DNA of 32,167 nt from Isosphaeraceae bacterium (lineage in GTDB: Bacteria > Planctomycetota > Planctomycetia > Isosphaerales > Isosphaeraceae), in assembly GCA_965201075.1 (NCBI GenBank), contig CBDAVP010000008.1, positions 124,001 to 156,167 on the forward strand. Reading direction: 5' to 3'. Positions 21,820 through 30,710 of this stretch are shown here, in pieces. A program made the position numbers and the translations under genes. The first letter of the stretch is position 1; each line of letters starts with the position of its first letter. A model generated the notes under the pieces. That model worked only from the letters and a program-made list of their open reading frames with translations, did no database searches and was not told where the DNA came from.

Positions 21820-23496
21820 CTAGGTCGGCAAAGTCTGATTGATGAACGAGGCCTCAAGCGATTCGAGGTAGGCCACTGGGTCCTGGCGGAAGCGGCGGCC
21901 CAGCGTCCGCACCGCCTGCCGCCCCTCCAAACGGCCGCGCAGCTCCCGCCAGGCCGGCAAGTCCGAAGGCACCAAGTCCGCCACCGCGATCGGCCGTAAC
22001 CGCGTCGCGGCCGCCGCCACCAGCCGCACCGAGCCGCGTACCACCGTCCCGGGGCTGGCCACCTTCCGCCCGCTGCATCGCCGCTCGTGATACCGATACG
22101 AGCCGAAGAATTGCTCCAGATCGTTGTTGGTCCGCGGCAGGTCGGCCACCTCGTAGCAGCGGAACAGGCCCGCCCAATCGCTCCGCGTCACCTTGCGGAA
22201 TCGATCGAGCGCACCGGCCAGCGAGCCCAACTTCCCCCGATGCCGGGCCAGCGAGGCGATCAGGCCCCGGTAGCGGCGACGCACCCCCGCCGCGGCCAGG
22301 GCCGGCTTGTTGGCCAGGACTGCGGCCAGCCGCCGGACCCAGCCGAAGGCCGCCCGGATCTCGGGCCACGACGCCTTGGTCGCGTCCAGGCCCTTGGCCA
22401 GGATCGCCCGCAGCCGCGTCAGCTCCTTCGGGAGCCCCTTTTCCCGCCGACGCGGTCCAGGCTCTCGGCGACCTCGCCCAGCCGGTCCCGCAGCTTCAAC
22501 CCCGAGGCCTCCAGCGGCGGCCGGCCGTCGTCGGTCAACGCCGATCGCACTGCGGCGCAGTAGCCCCGGACCGCTCGGGCCTCGGGATCATCACGGCCCT
22601 CGACCTACCTCTCGATCGGGCAAATGCCCCGGACCTCCTTCTTGAGCCGGACCTTGGCATGGCGGTCGGCCTCGTAGATCGGCATCGCCGCCTCGCGGAG
22701 GTAGTGGAACTGGCAGAGCTGGTGCGGCACGCCCTCCAGGGCCAGGGCGACCGCCTTGCGGATCGAGGTCTGGCCGTCGGAGACCACCCCGACGATCGGC
22801 ACCGCCAAGGCCTCCTTCACCTCACGCAGGAGCTTGGCCAGGTCATCCCGGCACGACCAGAGGAGGCTCCGGGCCAGGAGCACCTCGCCCGAGAGGACGT
22901 CGCGGAGGACCCAGAGGACCTCGTGGCCGACGTCCGGCTGGAGGCCGTCGAGGGCCAGGATCACCCGCCCGGCCTTGGCGGTGATCGCCCTCAGGCGGCC
23001 CGCATCCGAGCACGAGAGGGCCAGCAGCTCGTCGTAGCGGTCCAGCAGGTTGCCGACGCTGCGCACGCGGATGGCGACGCCGCGTCGGGCCAGCTCGGCG
23101 TGGATCTCCGGGACGCTGCGATGCTCGGCGTGGCGGAGCCGGCCGACCGCGGCGATGACGTCGAGGCCGAACTCGTGCTGCGGGAGTGCGAGACGCCCCT
23201 CCTGCTCGGGGCGGAGGCCGACGCCGCGGCGCGGGCAGGCGGGGTTCCGGCAATTGCGGACCTGGAGCCTCAGGAGGACCAGGCCCTCCAGCGTGGCGAC
23301 GGTCCGCCTGGCGATGTTGGCCGCCCAGAGCGGCCCGCCGCATGAGGGGCAGGCCCGCCTCAGGCAGGGCAATTCCAGGGTCCGGTCGGGTCGGGGGCGG
23401 GCACTCCGTCGCGGCATGGGGTGACTCCTCGGAGCTGGACTGGCTCAAGGAGTAACAACCTCACGCCCCTCGATCAATGAGACTTTACTGTCCTAG
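21820..23496 (-). mobile_element. Insertion sequence with CTAG ends (ISNCY-like unclassified DDE transposase, two frames), inactivated by an internal TAG
   Basis: Terminal IRs CTAGGTCGGCAAAGTCTGATTGAT / CTAGGACAGTAAAGTCTCATTGAT (20/24). Transposase from 23417 (CPSC zinc ribbon, LALDGLQP, VVSDGQ, HQLCQFHYL); in-frame TAG at 22605-22607; frame change near AAAAGGGG (~22440); C-terminal PRTNNDLEQFFG; stop at 21820. Confidence 0.85.
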
Positions 23497-23770
23497 AAAA
23501 ACGGGCGGAGACGGTCCACCGGCCTGAAGAGGACGCTTGATCCAAAAGGGAGAGCGGACGTACCTTTCCGCGCCGATCGGTCCAGCAGCCGAGTCAAGTT
23601 ATGGCAAAGCAATGCCATTTCTTTGATCAACACGCATATGTCTTTGTGAGTCAATCGATCAAATATGGTCGGTTATTACCCCCGTTACCTTCGCCACCGC
23701 TCCGATAGCTGCCGCCTGGAGCGACCGAGTTCGCCGAGTGGGACTTGTACCCATCGGCGCCGGGAGGAGC

Positions 23771-24406
23771 TTATCGCTTCGGTTTGCCGATGGCCTTCGG
23801 GCGTGGCAGGAGCACCAAGTCGGCCGCCTCCTCGGCATCCCTGAGGAGCGTCTTGCGCGGCGTGCCCATCTGCGCACGCATGGTAAGGCCACGAGCAAAA
23901 TCGGTGAGCTGGCTTGCGCGGACGGTCACGGGAAAGTCGGGCGGGATTTCTCCGGCGGTGATCCCGTCCCGGAAACGACCTTCCACCAGCGCCGCCCCGC
24001 CGGCGGCGGCGTACTGCAGGAACTGCCGGACCTCGGCGTCGTCCACGAGCGGCGCGACGCACACGAGGAGACATCCCGGGGCGCTTCCTTCCTCGGTCGC
24101 GCTTTCTACGGCGTGCCTGAGGAAGCGGACGAGCGAGGCGCGAAGCGTCCGCGGCGACAGCAGCGCCTTGGCGGCGAGGGCGCCTTTCCTCTCCGCATAA
24201 TCCTTGAGGACGCGCAAGAACAGCGTCCGCTTGTCGCCGAAGACGGAATAAAGGCTCGGCCGTCCCACGCCCATCCCGGCGACGAGATCGTCGATCGTCG
24301 CACCGTCGAAGCCCTTCGACCGGAACACTCGAGTCGCTTTTTCCAGCGCCTCCCTCTCGTCGAAGCTGCGCGGACGTCCACGAGGCCTAGCGTTATTGTG
24401 AACCAT
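23771..24406 (-). CDS. TetR/AcrR family transcriptional regulator
   Basis: RGRPRSFDE, VFRSKGFDGATIDDLVAGMGVGRPSLYSVFGDKRTLF HTH, GCLLV motif. Confidence 0.95.
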   Translation of the reverse strand: MVHNNARPRGRPRSFDEREALEKATRVFRSKGFDGATIDDLVAGMGVGRPSLYSVFGDKRTLFLRVLKDYAERKGALAAKALLSPRTLRASLVRFLRHAVESATEEGSAPGCLLVCVAPLVDDAEVRQFLQYAAAGGAALVEGRFRDGITAGEIPPDFPVTVRASQLTDFARGLTMRAQMGTPRKTLLRDAEEAADLVLLPRPKAIGKPKR

Positions 24407-24421
24407 GTGTTTCAGAACTCC

Positions 24422-24467
24422 TTGACAATGACCATCTTGTCTAATATCATACCGGACCGTTCGGAAT
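24422..24467 (+). promoter_or_regulatory. Sigma-70-type promoter for the SDR gene with an overlapping candidate TetR operator
   Basis: TTGACA (24422) - 17 nt - TATCAT (24445), overlapped by the imperfect palindrome ATACCGGACCGTTCGGAAT. Confidence 0.65.
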
Positions 24468-24533
24468 TAGCAAGCCGCCGCTGGCCGCGCGGGGCCTCAA
24501 GACTCGAACTTCACCCTTCCCCACGGAGACGCC

Positions 24534-25493
24534 ATGGAACATTCGATCACTCTCGTCACCGGCGCCACCTCCGGGCTCGGTTATGCGGCAGCCAGCATGC
24601 TCGCCGCCGAGGGTTGCCGCCAGCTCATCGTCACCGGCCGCAGCCTGGCCCGGGTCCAGGAAACGGCCGCTCAGCTCGCGGCTGAGACCAAGACCCATGT
24701 CTTCACGCCGCTGGAGCTGGAGCTGGACACCCCGTCCAGCGTCCAGTCCGCCCTCGCCGAGCTGGTCAAGCGAGGTCTTCCGATCGATTTCCTTCTGCTC
24801 AATGCAGGGATGGTCCCAGGTAAGCAGAGGGTGATCACGGAGGCGGGCGTCGAGGCTTCTCAGGCTCCGCTGATCGGCCATCATCAACTGACCGTCGGGT
24901 TGCTCAGCGCCGGCCTGCTGAGCCCCAACGCGCGGATCGTGATTGCCGGAGCGGAACCTGCCCGAGGGGGCGTACCCATGTTCAAGTACACCGACATGCC
25001 GGCCTTCGCGGCCAAATACCACCACGGTGACCGAACCGCCGCTGTGGAAGCCCTGCTGAGCAACGGGCCAAACGTGAAGTACGTGCCCAACAACGCGTAT
25101 GCCGACGCGAAGCTCATCGTCGCTTGGTGGGTCGCGGCGCTGGCGCGCCGGCTGCCCTCCGGCATGGCCGTGTACGCCGTATCGCCCGGTGCCGCGACCG
25201 CTACCAAGGTTTCGCGACAAGCTGGCCTGGCCGTGAAGTATCTGTTCATCCCGATCGCGAACCTCATTCCCGGGATGAATCAGACGCCGGAGGCCGCGGC
25301 CCGCCGGTACCTCCAGGCGTCGGAGCTCGGAACCGACGTCTCGGGGCAATTCTTCGCCTCGGCTCAGGGGAAGCTCTCAGGCCCGATTGAGGTGCAGCGC
25401 CAGCCACACCTCCACGATCGCGCCAGCCAGGAAGCCGCGTGGCAGGCCGTCGTCAAGGTCTCCGGCGTCGATTTCTCTTCCGCAGCAGCTTGA
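24534..25493 (+). CDS. Short-chain dehydrogenase/reductase (SDR)
   Basis: TGATSGLG, LLLNAG, YADAK (YxxxK), VSPG. GGAG RBS. Divergent from TetR. Confidence 0.9.
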   Translation: MEHSITLVTGATSGLGYAAASMLAAEGCRQLIVTGRSLARVQETAAQLAAETKTHVFTPLELELDTPSSVQSALAELVKRGLPIDFLLLNAGMVPGKQRVITEAGVEASQAPLIGHHQLTVGLLSAGLLSPNARIVIAGAEPARGGVPMFKYTDMPAFAAKYHHGDRTAAVEALLSNGPNVKYVPNNAYADAKLIVAWWVAALARRLPSGMAVYAVSPGAATATKVSRQAGLAVKYLFIPIANLIPGMNQTPEAAARRYLQASELGTDVSGQFFASAQGKLSGPIEVQRQPHLHDRASQEAAWQAVVKVSGVDFSSAAA

Positions 25494-25832
25494 GCCCTGT
25501 CCCGGAGGAGATCCCCATCGCGGCTGGGCTGGTCACGGCGAGCCGGATCAGCAGACGATTGCGGAGATACACGATGGTCCACGGGGACTAGCGGTGAGGA
25601 GGGGGGCCGGGCGTCGCGCGAAAATCGTTACGCGCGCTCGCGCTTTGCGAGATCAACTCGCTGTCTTCCTCGCGCAGAAAACCTGCACGCGAGGGCTTTA
25701 CGCCGATCGGATCTCATCGTGCTCCGATGCGAAGGAACTTGAGCCTGCGGCTTGGTCCAAAAAATACAGCCGCTCACTTTCAGCTGTACTTTCCGGGACT
25801 TAATTGATTCGATTTGTCGATCCGCTTCATCC

Positions 25833-26189
25833 TCACCCTGGCATCTCGTCCCGCGGCCTCCGGTACCGTCTTCTGAAACTCCAACGACCGACGAGTGACC
25901 GTACCAGCTCCGTATGGATTATGCCGTACGGAGCCAACTCGAAGCCCCCCTCCATCTGGAATGGCGTGTGGGCGCTGCGCGATCCGAGGGGGAATTCCGG
26001 CCCGATGACGAGCGGGGCGCCCACGAGGGAGGCGATGATCCGGCCGTTGGCCCGCGCGAAGGCGTCGTCGCGGATGGCGGACTGGACGTGGTAGTCTCCG
26101 CAGTGGGAGCGGACGTAGAGGTGTCGCGCCGGCCCCTCGCTGAGATGCCATTCCATGTCACGCCCGTCGATTCGGAACGGAATCCACAT
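25833..26189 (-). CDS. Hypothetical passenger protein inside the IS701-like element
   Basis: 118-aa ORF (MWIPFRIDGRDMEWHLSEG...) with G/C-ending codons through most of its length, entirely inside the IRs and divergent from the transposase. Start uncertain. Confidence 0.55.
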   Translation of the reverse strand: MWIPFRIDGRDMEWHLSEGPARHLYVRSHCGDYHVQSAIRDDAFARANGRIIASLVGAPLVIGPEFPLGSRSAHTPFQMEGGFELAPYGIIHTELVRSLVGRWSFRRRYRRPRDEMPG

Positions 26190-26285
26190 GGTCCGCCCGG
26201 GGGATGTCGAGTAGACGGGGGCCAGCCCGACCGGGACGATGGCGGTTACCACACCTGCCAGACACCCGTGCGGAGCGGCCCCCCG

Positions 26286-27617
26286 ATGACATCCTCGCAT
26301 CTGACACCCGCCCCGTGCCAGTGGTTCTCCAGACTCGCATCCGCCCTTGACCGTCGCTCCGCACCGAGGCTCGCCCTGCTGCTCCTCGGCGCCGTCCTGG
26401 CCCGGGGGCGCCGGACCGTCACCACCTGGATCAGGGCGGCAAGGCTCAGCGACCGCTACCAGTCCTGCTACATCACCGTCGCGGCCGCCGGCAAGAGGGC
26501 CGACCGCATCGCCCGACGACTCCTGATCGAAGTCGTCTTCCCGTTACTCAAGGGTGCCACGCGGCTGACCCTGGCCCTGGACGACACGCCGACGAAGCGG
26601 TACGGGCCGCACGTCCAGGGTGCCGGCGTCCATCACAACCCGACCCCCGGGCCGGCCGGGTCCCCCTATGTCTATGGCCATGTCTTCGTCGTCCTCGGGC
26701 TGCTCGTCACCCACAAGGCGTGGGGCACAGTCGCCCTGCCGCTGCTGTCCCGGCTCTACGTCCGCAAGAAGGACCTGCCGGGCATCGACCCGAAGCACCG
26801 GCCGGCCTTCCGCACCAAGCTGGAACTGGCCGTCGAGTTGCTGCGGTGGGCGAAGCCCTGGCTGGGATTGCTGAAATTGCCGATCTGGGTGGTGGCCGAC
26901 GGCGCCTATGCCAAGAAGGAAGTCCTCAAGCCGGCCAAGTCGCTGGGGATGACGGTCATCAGCCGACTCCGCAAGGACGCGGCCCTGAGAAGCTTGCCCG
27001 CGCCGAAGCCGGCGGGTCGGCGTGGCCCGGCCCCGACCTACGGCGCGGATGTGATCGACCTGGCCAAGCGGGCCGGCCAGCGGCGCGGCTGGTCCTCCGA
27101 CACGTTCGAGCTGTACGGGGAGAAGGCAGTCAAGCGATACAAGACCTTCCTGGCGACCTGGCAGCCCGCCGGCGGGGCGATCCGGGTGGTGCTGGTGGAC
27201 GAGCCGACCGGCTGGAGGGCGTTCTTCTGCACCGACACCTCGGCGAGCGTCGCCGACATCCTGACGACGATCGCCGACCGCTTCAGCCTGGAGATCACCT
27301 TTCGAGATTGCAAGGAGATCGTCGGGGCGGGCCAGCAGCAGGTACGGTTCATCTGGGCGAACGTCGGGGCGTTCCACGTCTGCCTGTGGACGTTCACGCT
27401 GACCGAGGCGTGGGCGTGGGACCGCAAGTCGGAGGACCTGGTGGACCGCTCCGCCTCGCCATGGGACAGTGCGACCCGCCGGCCGAGCCACGCGGACAAG
27501 CGGCGTGCATGGCGGCGGGTGCTGCTGGGAGAGGAAATCCGTGCGACTCTACGCCCCGGGGTGACCGAGCCGGAGATTCAGGCCGCGGCCGATAGGCTGC
27601 TCAGCCTGGCCGCGTGA
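26286..27617 (+). CDS. IS701-family DDE transposase (443 aa, intact frame)
   Basis: LALDDTPTKRYG, VYGHVFV, RLYVRKK, FRTKLELA, VVADGAYA, SRLRKDAAL, RFSLEITFRDCKE..G. Confidence 0.92.
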   Translation: MTSSHLTPAPCQWFSRLASALDRRSAPRLALLLLGAVLARGRRTVTTWIRAARLSDRYQSCYITVAAAGKRADRIARRLLIEVVFPLLKGATRLTLALDDTPTKRYGPHVQGAGVHHNPTPGPAGSPYVYGHVFVVLGLLVTHKAWGTVALPLLSRLYVRKKDLPGIDPKHRPAFRTKLELAVELLRWAKPWLGLLKLPIWVVADGAYAKKEVLKPAKSLGMTVISRLRKDAALRSLPAPKPAGRRGPAPTYGADVIDLAKRAGQRRGWSSDTFELYGEKAVKRYKTFLATWQPAGGAIRVVLVDEPTGWRAFFCTDTSASVADILTTIADRFSLEITFRDCKEIVGAGQQQVRFIWANVGAFHVCLWTFTLTEAWAWDRKSEDLVDRSASPWDSATRRPSHADKRRAWRRVLLGEEIRATLRPGVTEPEIQAAADRLLSLAA

Positions 27618-27752
27618 CACGCATGGTCTCCCGGAAAGTGCAGTTTCAGGCGATGGCGGAGCTTCAAGCTCGTCCGCGGAGTTGCCGGATTTTACAATCA
27701 ATAGTTCACAACTACCTTGACCGCAACCCAAACCTCTCTCGAGAAACTTCAC

Positions 27753-28500
27753 CTGGAACGGTACCAAGGTAAACAGGTGGTGATCATCGGCGGCACGAGC
27801 GGCATGGGGCTCGCGACGGCGAAGATGCTCCTCTATGGGAGCGTGCGTGTCCTGGTCGCGAGTCGCTCGCAGGCCAGACTGGATTCGGCCCAGAAAGAGC
27901 TCGGGGAGGGCGCCGTCGTGGTTTCGAGCGACGCGCGTTCGTTGGCGGACCTCGACGGCCTCGCCTCCCGGGTGAAGGCCGAATTCGTCACCATCGACCT
28001 GCTCTTCGTCAACGCCGGGTTCAGCATCCGAGCGCCGCTCGAGAGCATCACCGAGGCCATCTACGACGATATGTTTAACCTGAACGCCAAGGGGCCGCTT
28101 TTCACGGTGCAGAAGCTCGCGCCGCTGATCAACCGGGGAGGCTCCGTCGTCTTCACGACCTCGATCGCCAACGTCAAGGGAATGCCCGGCTAGGCCGCAT
28201 ACAGAGCCGCCAAGGCCTCGGTGCGATCCTTCGCTCGGACGCTCGCCGTCGAGCTGCTCCCTCGCGAGATTCGCGTCAACGCGGTGACGCCCGGTCCCAT
28301 CGACACGCCGATCCTCGGCAAAGTGTTCACCGATAAAGTCGAGGCCGCGCAGATCAGGGAGGAGATGATTGGTATGGTCCCGATGAAGCGCTGGGGAACG
28401 TCGGAGGAGATCGCCAGGGCCGTCCTCTTCCTCGCGTTCGACGCGACCTTCACGACCGGCGTCGAGCTACCCGTTGACGGGGGGTTGGTCGCAGCTCTGA
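27753..28500 (+). pseudogene. SDR-family oxidoreductase pseudogene
   Basis: IIGGTSGMG, LFVNAG, YRAAK, IRVNAVTPGPIDTP. In-frame TAG at 28191-28193. An apparent extra G in the run 28479-28484 (removing it gives VDGGWSQL*). The likely start codon reads CTG at 27753. Confidence 0.88.
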
Positions 28501-28535
28501 AATGCACTGCACCCCACACGCTTCATCAAGGCTAA

Positions 28536-28634
28536 GGAACTGGGACGAAATAACCTTTCCAAGTTGCTTGCCCGAATACCCCATTACAGGCTCGAGTCAT
28601 GAGCGGGCTGAAGCACTTATCTCATCCCAATTCC
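28536..28634. mobile_element. 99-bp MITE with TAA target duplication
   Basis: IRs GGAACTGGGACGAAATAA / GGAATTGGGATGAGATAA (15/18). TAA at 28533-28535 and 28635-28637. No coding capacity. Confidence 0.7.
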
Positions 28635-28649
28635 TAAGGTTTCGGCCTA

Positions 28650-29758
28650 TTGACCCTCAGCCTGCCAACTTCTTGTCTCGAAGCTCCCATCCTGCTTACA
28701 TTCGGGGGATGAGACCCACCGGAACATCGACTGAACTCGAAGCCAGGCGACGCCTTGCCGTGCAGCGGGTCGCCCAGGGCTGGACCCAAAAGGATGTCGC
28801 CGCCTTCCTCGGCGTTTCCGTCCGGGCCGTCTGCGGATGGGTCGCCGCCCACCGCAAGGCGGGTGACCAGGGACTGAGGGCCAACCCCCATCCCGGCTCG
28901 GCCCCCAAGCTCAGCCCCCGCCGGGAGAAGGCCGTCCTGTCCTGGCTGGCCAAGAGCCCCCTGGCCTTCGGCTACAAGACCGACCTGTGGACCACCCGAC
29001 GCCTGGCCGAGGTGATCGACAAGAAGTTCGGCGTCCGCTTCAACGCCAACTACCTGTCGCAGTGGCTTTCCCGACGCAACTATTCCCCCCAGAAGCCCGA
29101 GGTCCGGGCGGTGGAGCGGGACGAGCCGGCGATCCGTCGCTGGGTCGCGGAGGATTGGCCCCGGATCCAAAAAAAACCTCGGAAGATGGGGGGCATGTCG
29201 TCCTGATCGACGAGAGCGGCTTTTTCCTCAACCCGGTGGTCCGCCGCACCTGGGCCCCCAGGGGCCGCACGCCGGTATTGACGGGCTTCGGACGGCACCG
29301 GGACAAGGTCTCGACGATCGCCGCCATCAGCGTGACGCCGGGCCGGCGTCGGGTCGGGCTGTACTGGAAGACCGACGCCCGCAACTACATCGACGCCCCG
29401 GCGGTGGTGTCGTTCCTGCGGGACTTGCTGCGACACCTGCGAGGCAAGGTGATCGTGATCTGGGACGGGGGGAGCAATCACAAGGGGCCGGCGATCCGGG
29501 CGTTGCTGGAGCAGTACCCCCGCCTGAGCTTGGAGCGGCTGCCCGCCTACGCCCCGGACCTCAACCCGGTGGAGATGCTGTGGTCACACCTGAAGTACGG
29601 GCTCATGGCCAACTTCGTGCCCAAGGACGTGAAGGATCTGGAGCGAGTGGTGCTGGCGAACCTGGCCGAGGTCCGCTCGGATCCGGGATTGATCCGGTCG
29701 CTGTGGAAGGGGTCGAAACTCCCCTCCCTTGACCGGAAGTTAGCTGTCTGAGGGTCAA
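28650..29758 (+). mobile_element. IS630-family element with TA target duplication
   Basis: Ends (TA)TTGACCCTCAGCCTGCCAACTTCTTGTC / (TA)TTGACCCTCAGACAGCTAACTTCCGGTC (25/30 including TA). TA at 28648-28649 and 29759-29760. Confidence 0.92.
28709..29751 (+). CDS. IS630 transposase expressed through a -1 shift at an A8 run (29169-29176)
   Basis: orfA HTH domains (WTQKDVAAFLGVSVRAV..W; LWTTRRLAEVI) end in WPRIQKK. orfB carries the DDE triad LIDESG, IWDGGSNH and PDLNPVE. Confidence 0.9.
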
Positions 29759-29807
29759 TAACAAGCCTTACGCCGGTCTTCCGCTCCATTCCTACTCCTA
29801 CGGATTA

Positions 29808-29877
29808 CCGTACCAATCGGTACGATATCCTCTTGACGTGCGGATCTCGACCGCGTATCTTTCGAACCGCTTGGTTC
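29808..29877 (+). promoter_or_regulatory. Sigma-70-type promoter flanked by two palindromic operator-like sites
   Basis: CGTACC-AATC-GGTACG upstream; TTGACG (29833) - 17 nt - TATCTT (29856); GAACC-GCTT-GGTTC just downstream. Confidence 0.6.
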
Positions 29878-29985
29878 AGAACTCCCCTAAGTAGGGGCTG
29901 GCCTTGCTGAAGTGGTAACGGGTTTCAGCAGGGAGGCTTGGTTCGCCCAAGTCTGGTTTTTCATCCCGTTAAGGAGGGCGTTTCG

Positions 29986-30399
29986 ATGAACCGTTTCGTC
30001 ACGCTGGCGTTGGTGTGCACGGTCGCACTGTCCGGGGCCTCACACGCCTTCGGGCAGGAGAAGAAGCCCGGCGAAGCCGAGATCGCCAAGCTGCTCCCAG
30101 GGAAGTGGGTCGGCAAGGTGAACACGGCCAAGGTCACGGGCGAACTCGAATCCGCGTTCGACAAGGACGGCAACTACACCCTGAAGGGGAAGCTCAAGAT
30201 GGGGGAGAAGGAGGTCCCGATCGACGAAGCTGGTACATGGAAGGTGGATGAAAACGATCTCGTCCTGGCGCCCAAGAATCCACCTGCCGGCAGCCCCAAG
30301 ACGAAAGAATTGGGCATCAGCGAGATCAGCGACACGACCTTCAAGATGAAGGACCACCGTCAGAAGGTTGAATCGAGCTGGACGAGAGTCGAGGAGTGA
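29986..30399 (+). CDS. Exported small beta-rich protein (TIGR03066/lipocalin-like)
   Basis: AAGGAGG RBS, signal peptide ending AFG-Q, LLPGKW...F.KDG.Y...GTWKVDENDLVL pattern. Confidence 0.75.
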   Translation: MNRFVTLALVCTVALSGASHAFGQEKKPGEAEIAKLLPGKWVGKVNTAKVTGELESAFDKDGNYTLKGKLKMGEKEVPIDEAGTWKVDENDLVLAPKNPPAGSPKTKELGISEISDTTFKMKDHRQKVESSWTRVEE

Positions 30400-30426
30400 C
30401 GTGATCGACCTCGGGGCTCTTTCCCG

Positions 30427-30467
30427 GCGAATGCGTCCGCTCGCGGTCGCGGCGGACGCATTCGTTT
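30427..30467 (+). terminator. Rho-independent terminator
   Basis: cgaatgcgtccgc...gcggacgcattcg: 13-bp stem followed by ttt. Confidence 0.7.
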
Positions 30468-30710
30468 GATCAAGCCAGCGCTCTGCGCATAAGCGCTCGT
30501 CGTGAGGCGATCTTAATCGCCAGCGATCTCCCCAACCCGGGCCATCGTCCCACTTCGCGATTCAGGTCTGCGAATGCGGCACCCAATGGATTCGTTCATG
30601 GATGCAGATGCGAACCCTAGTGGGAATCGTCACACACAGCAAGTCTGCCGTGGATCTTGGAGATTCGCGGCGTTGGTTGGCTGCGCTTCCATCGAAACGG
30701 AGTCTCGAAG

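Larger units (their letters stand above)
25784..27643 (+). mobile_element. IS701-like element, 1860 bp, with 6-bp target duplication and a passenger ORF
   Basis: IRs CTGTACTTTCCGGGAC / CTGCACTTTCCGGGAG (14/16). Direct repeat TTTCAG at 25778-25783 and 27644-27649. Confidence 0.88.

Noticed and set aside
23600..23620. ATGGCA-AAGCAA-TGCCAT palindrome as a sigma-54 promoter
   Set aside because: GG-to-GC spacing is 9 nt rather than the required 10 on both strands, and there is no clear downstream gene.
25914..26285. N-terminal extension of the 567-aa ORF as part of the IS701 transposase
   Set aside because: It is antisense to the passenger ORF; transposase-like sequence begins at ATG 26286.
28503..28520. 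TGCACTGCACCCC resembling an IS3-family terminal repeat
   Set aside because: No partner IR or transposase sequence attached; too short to call.
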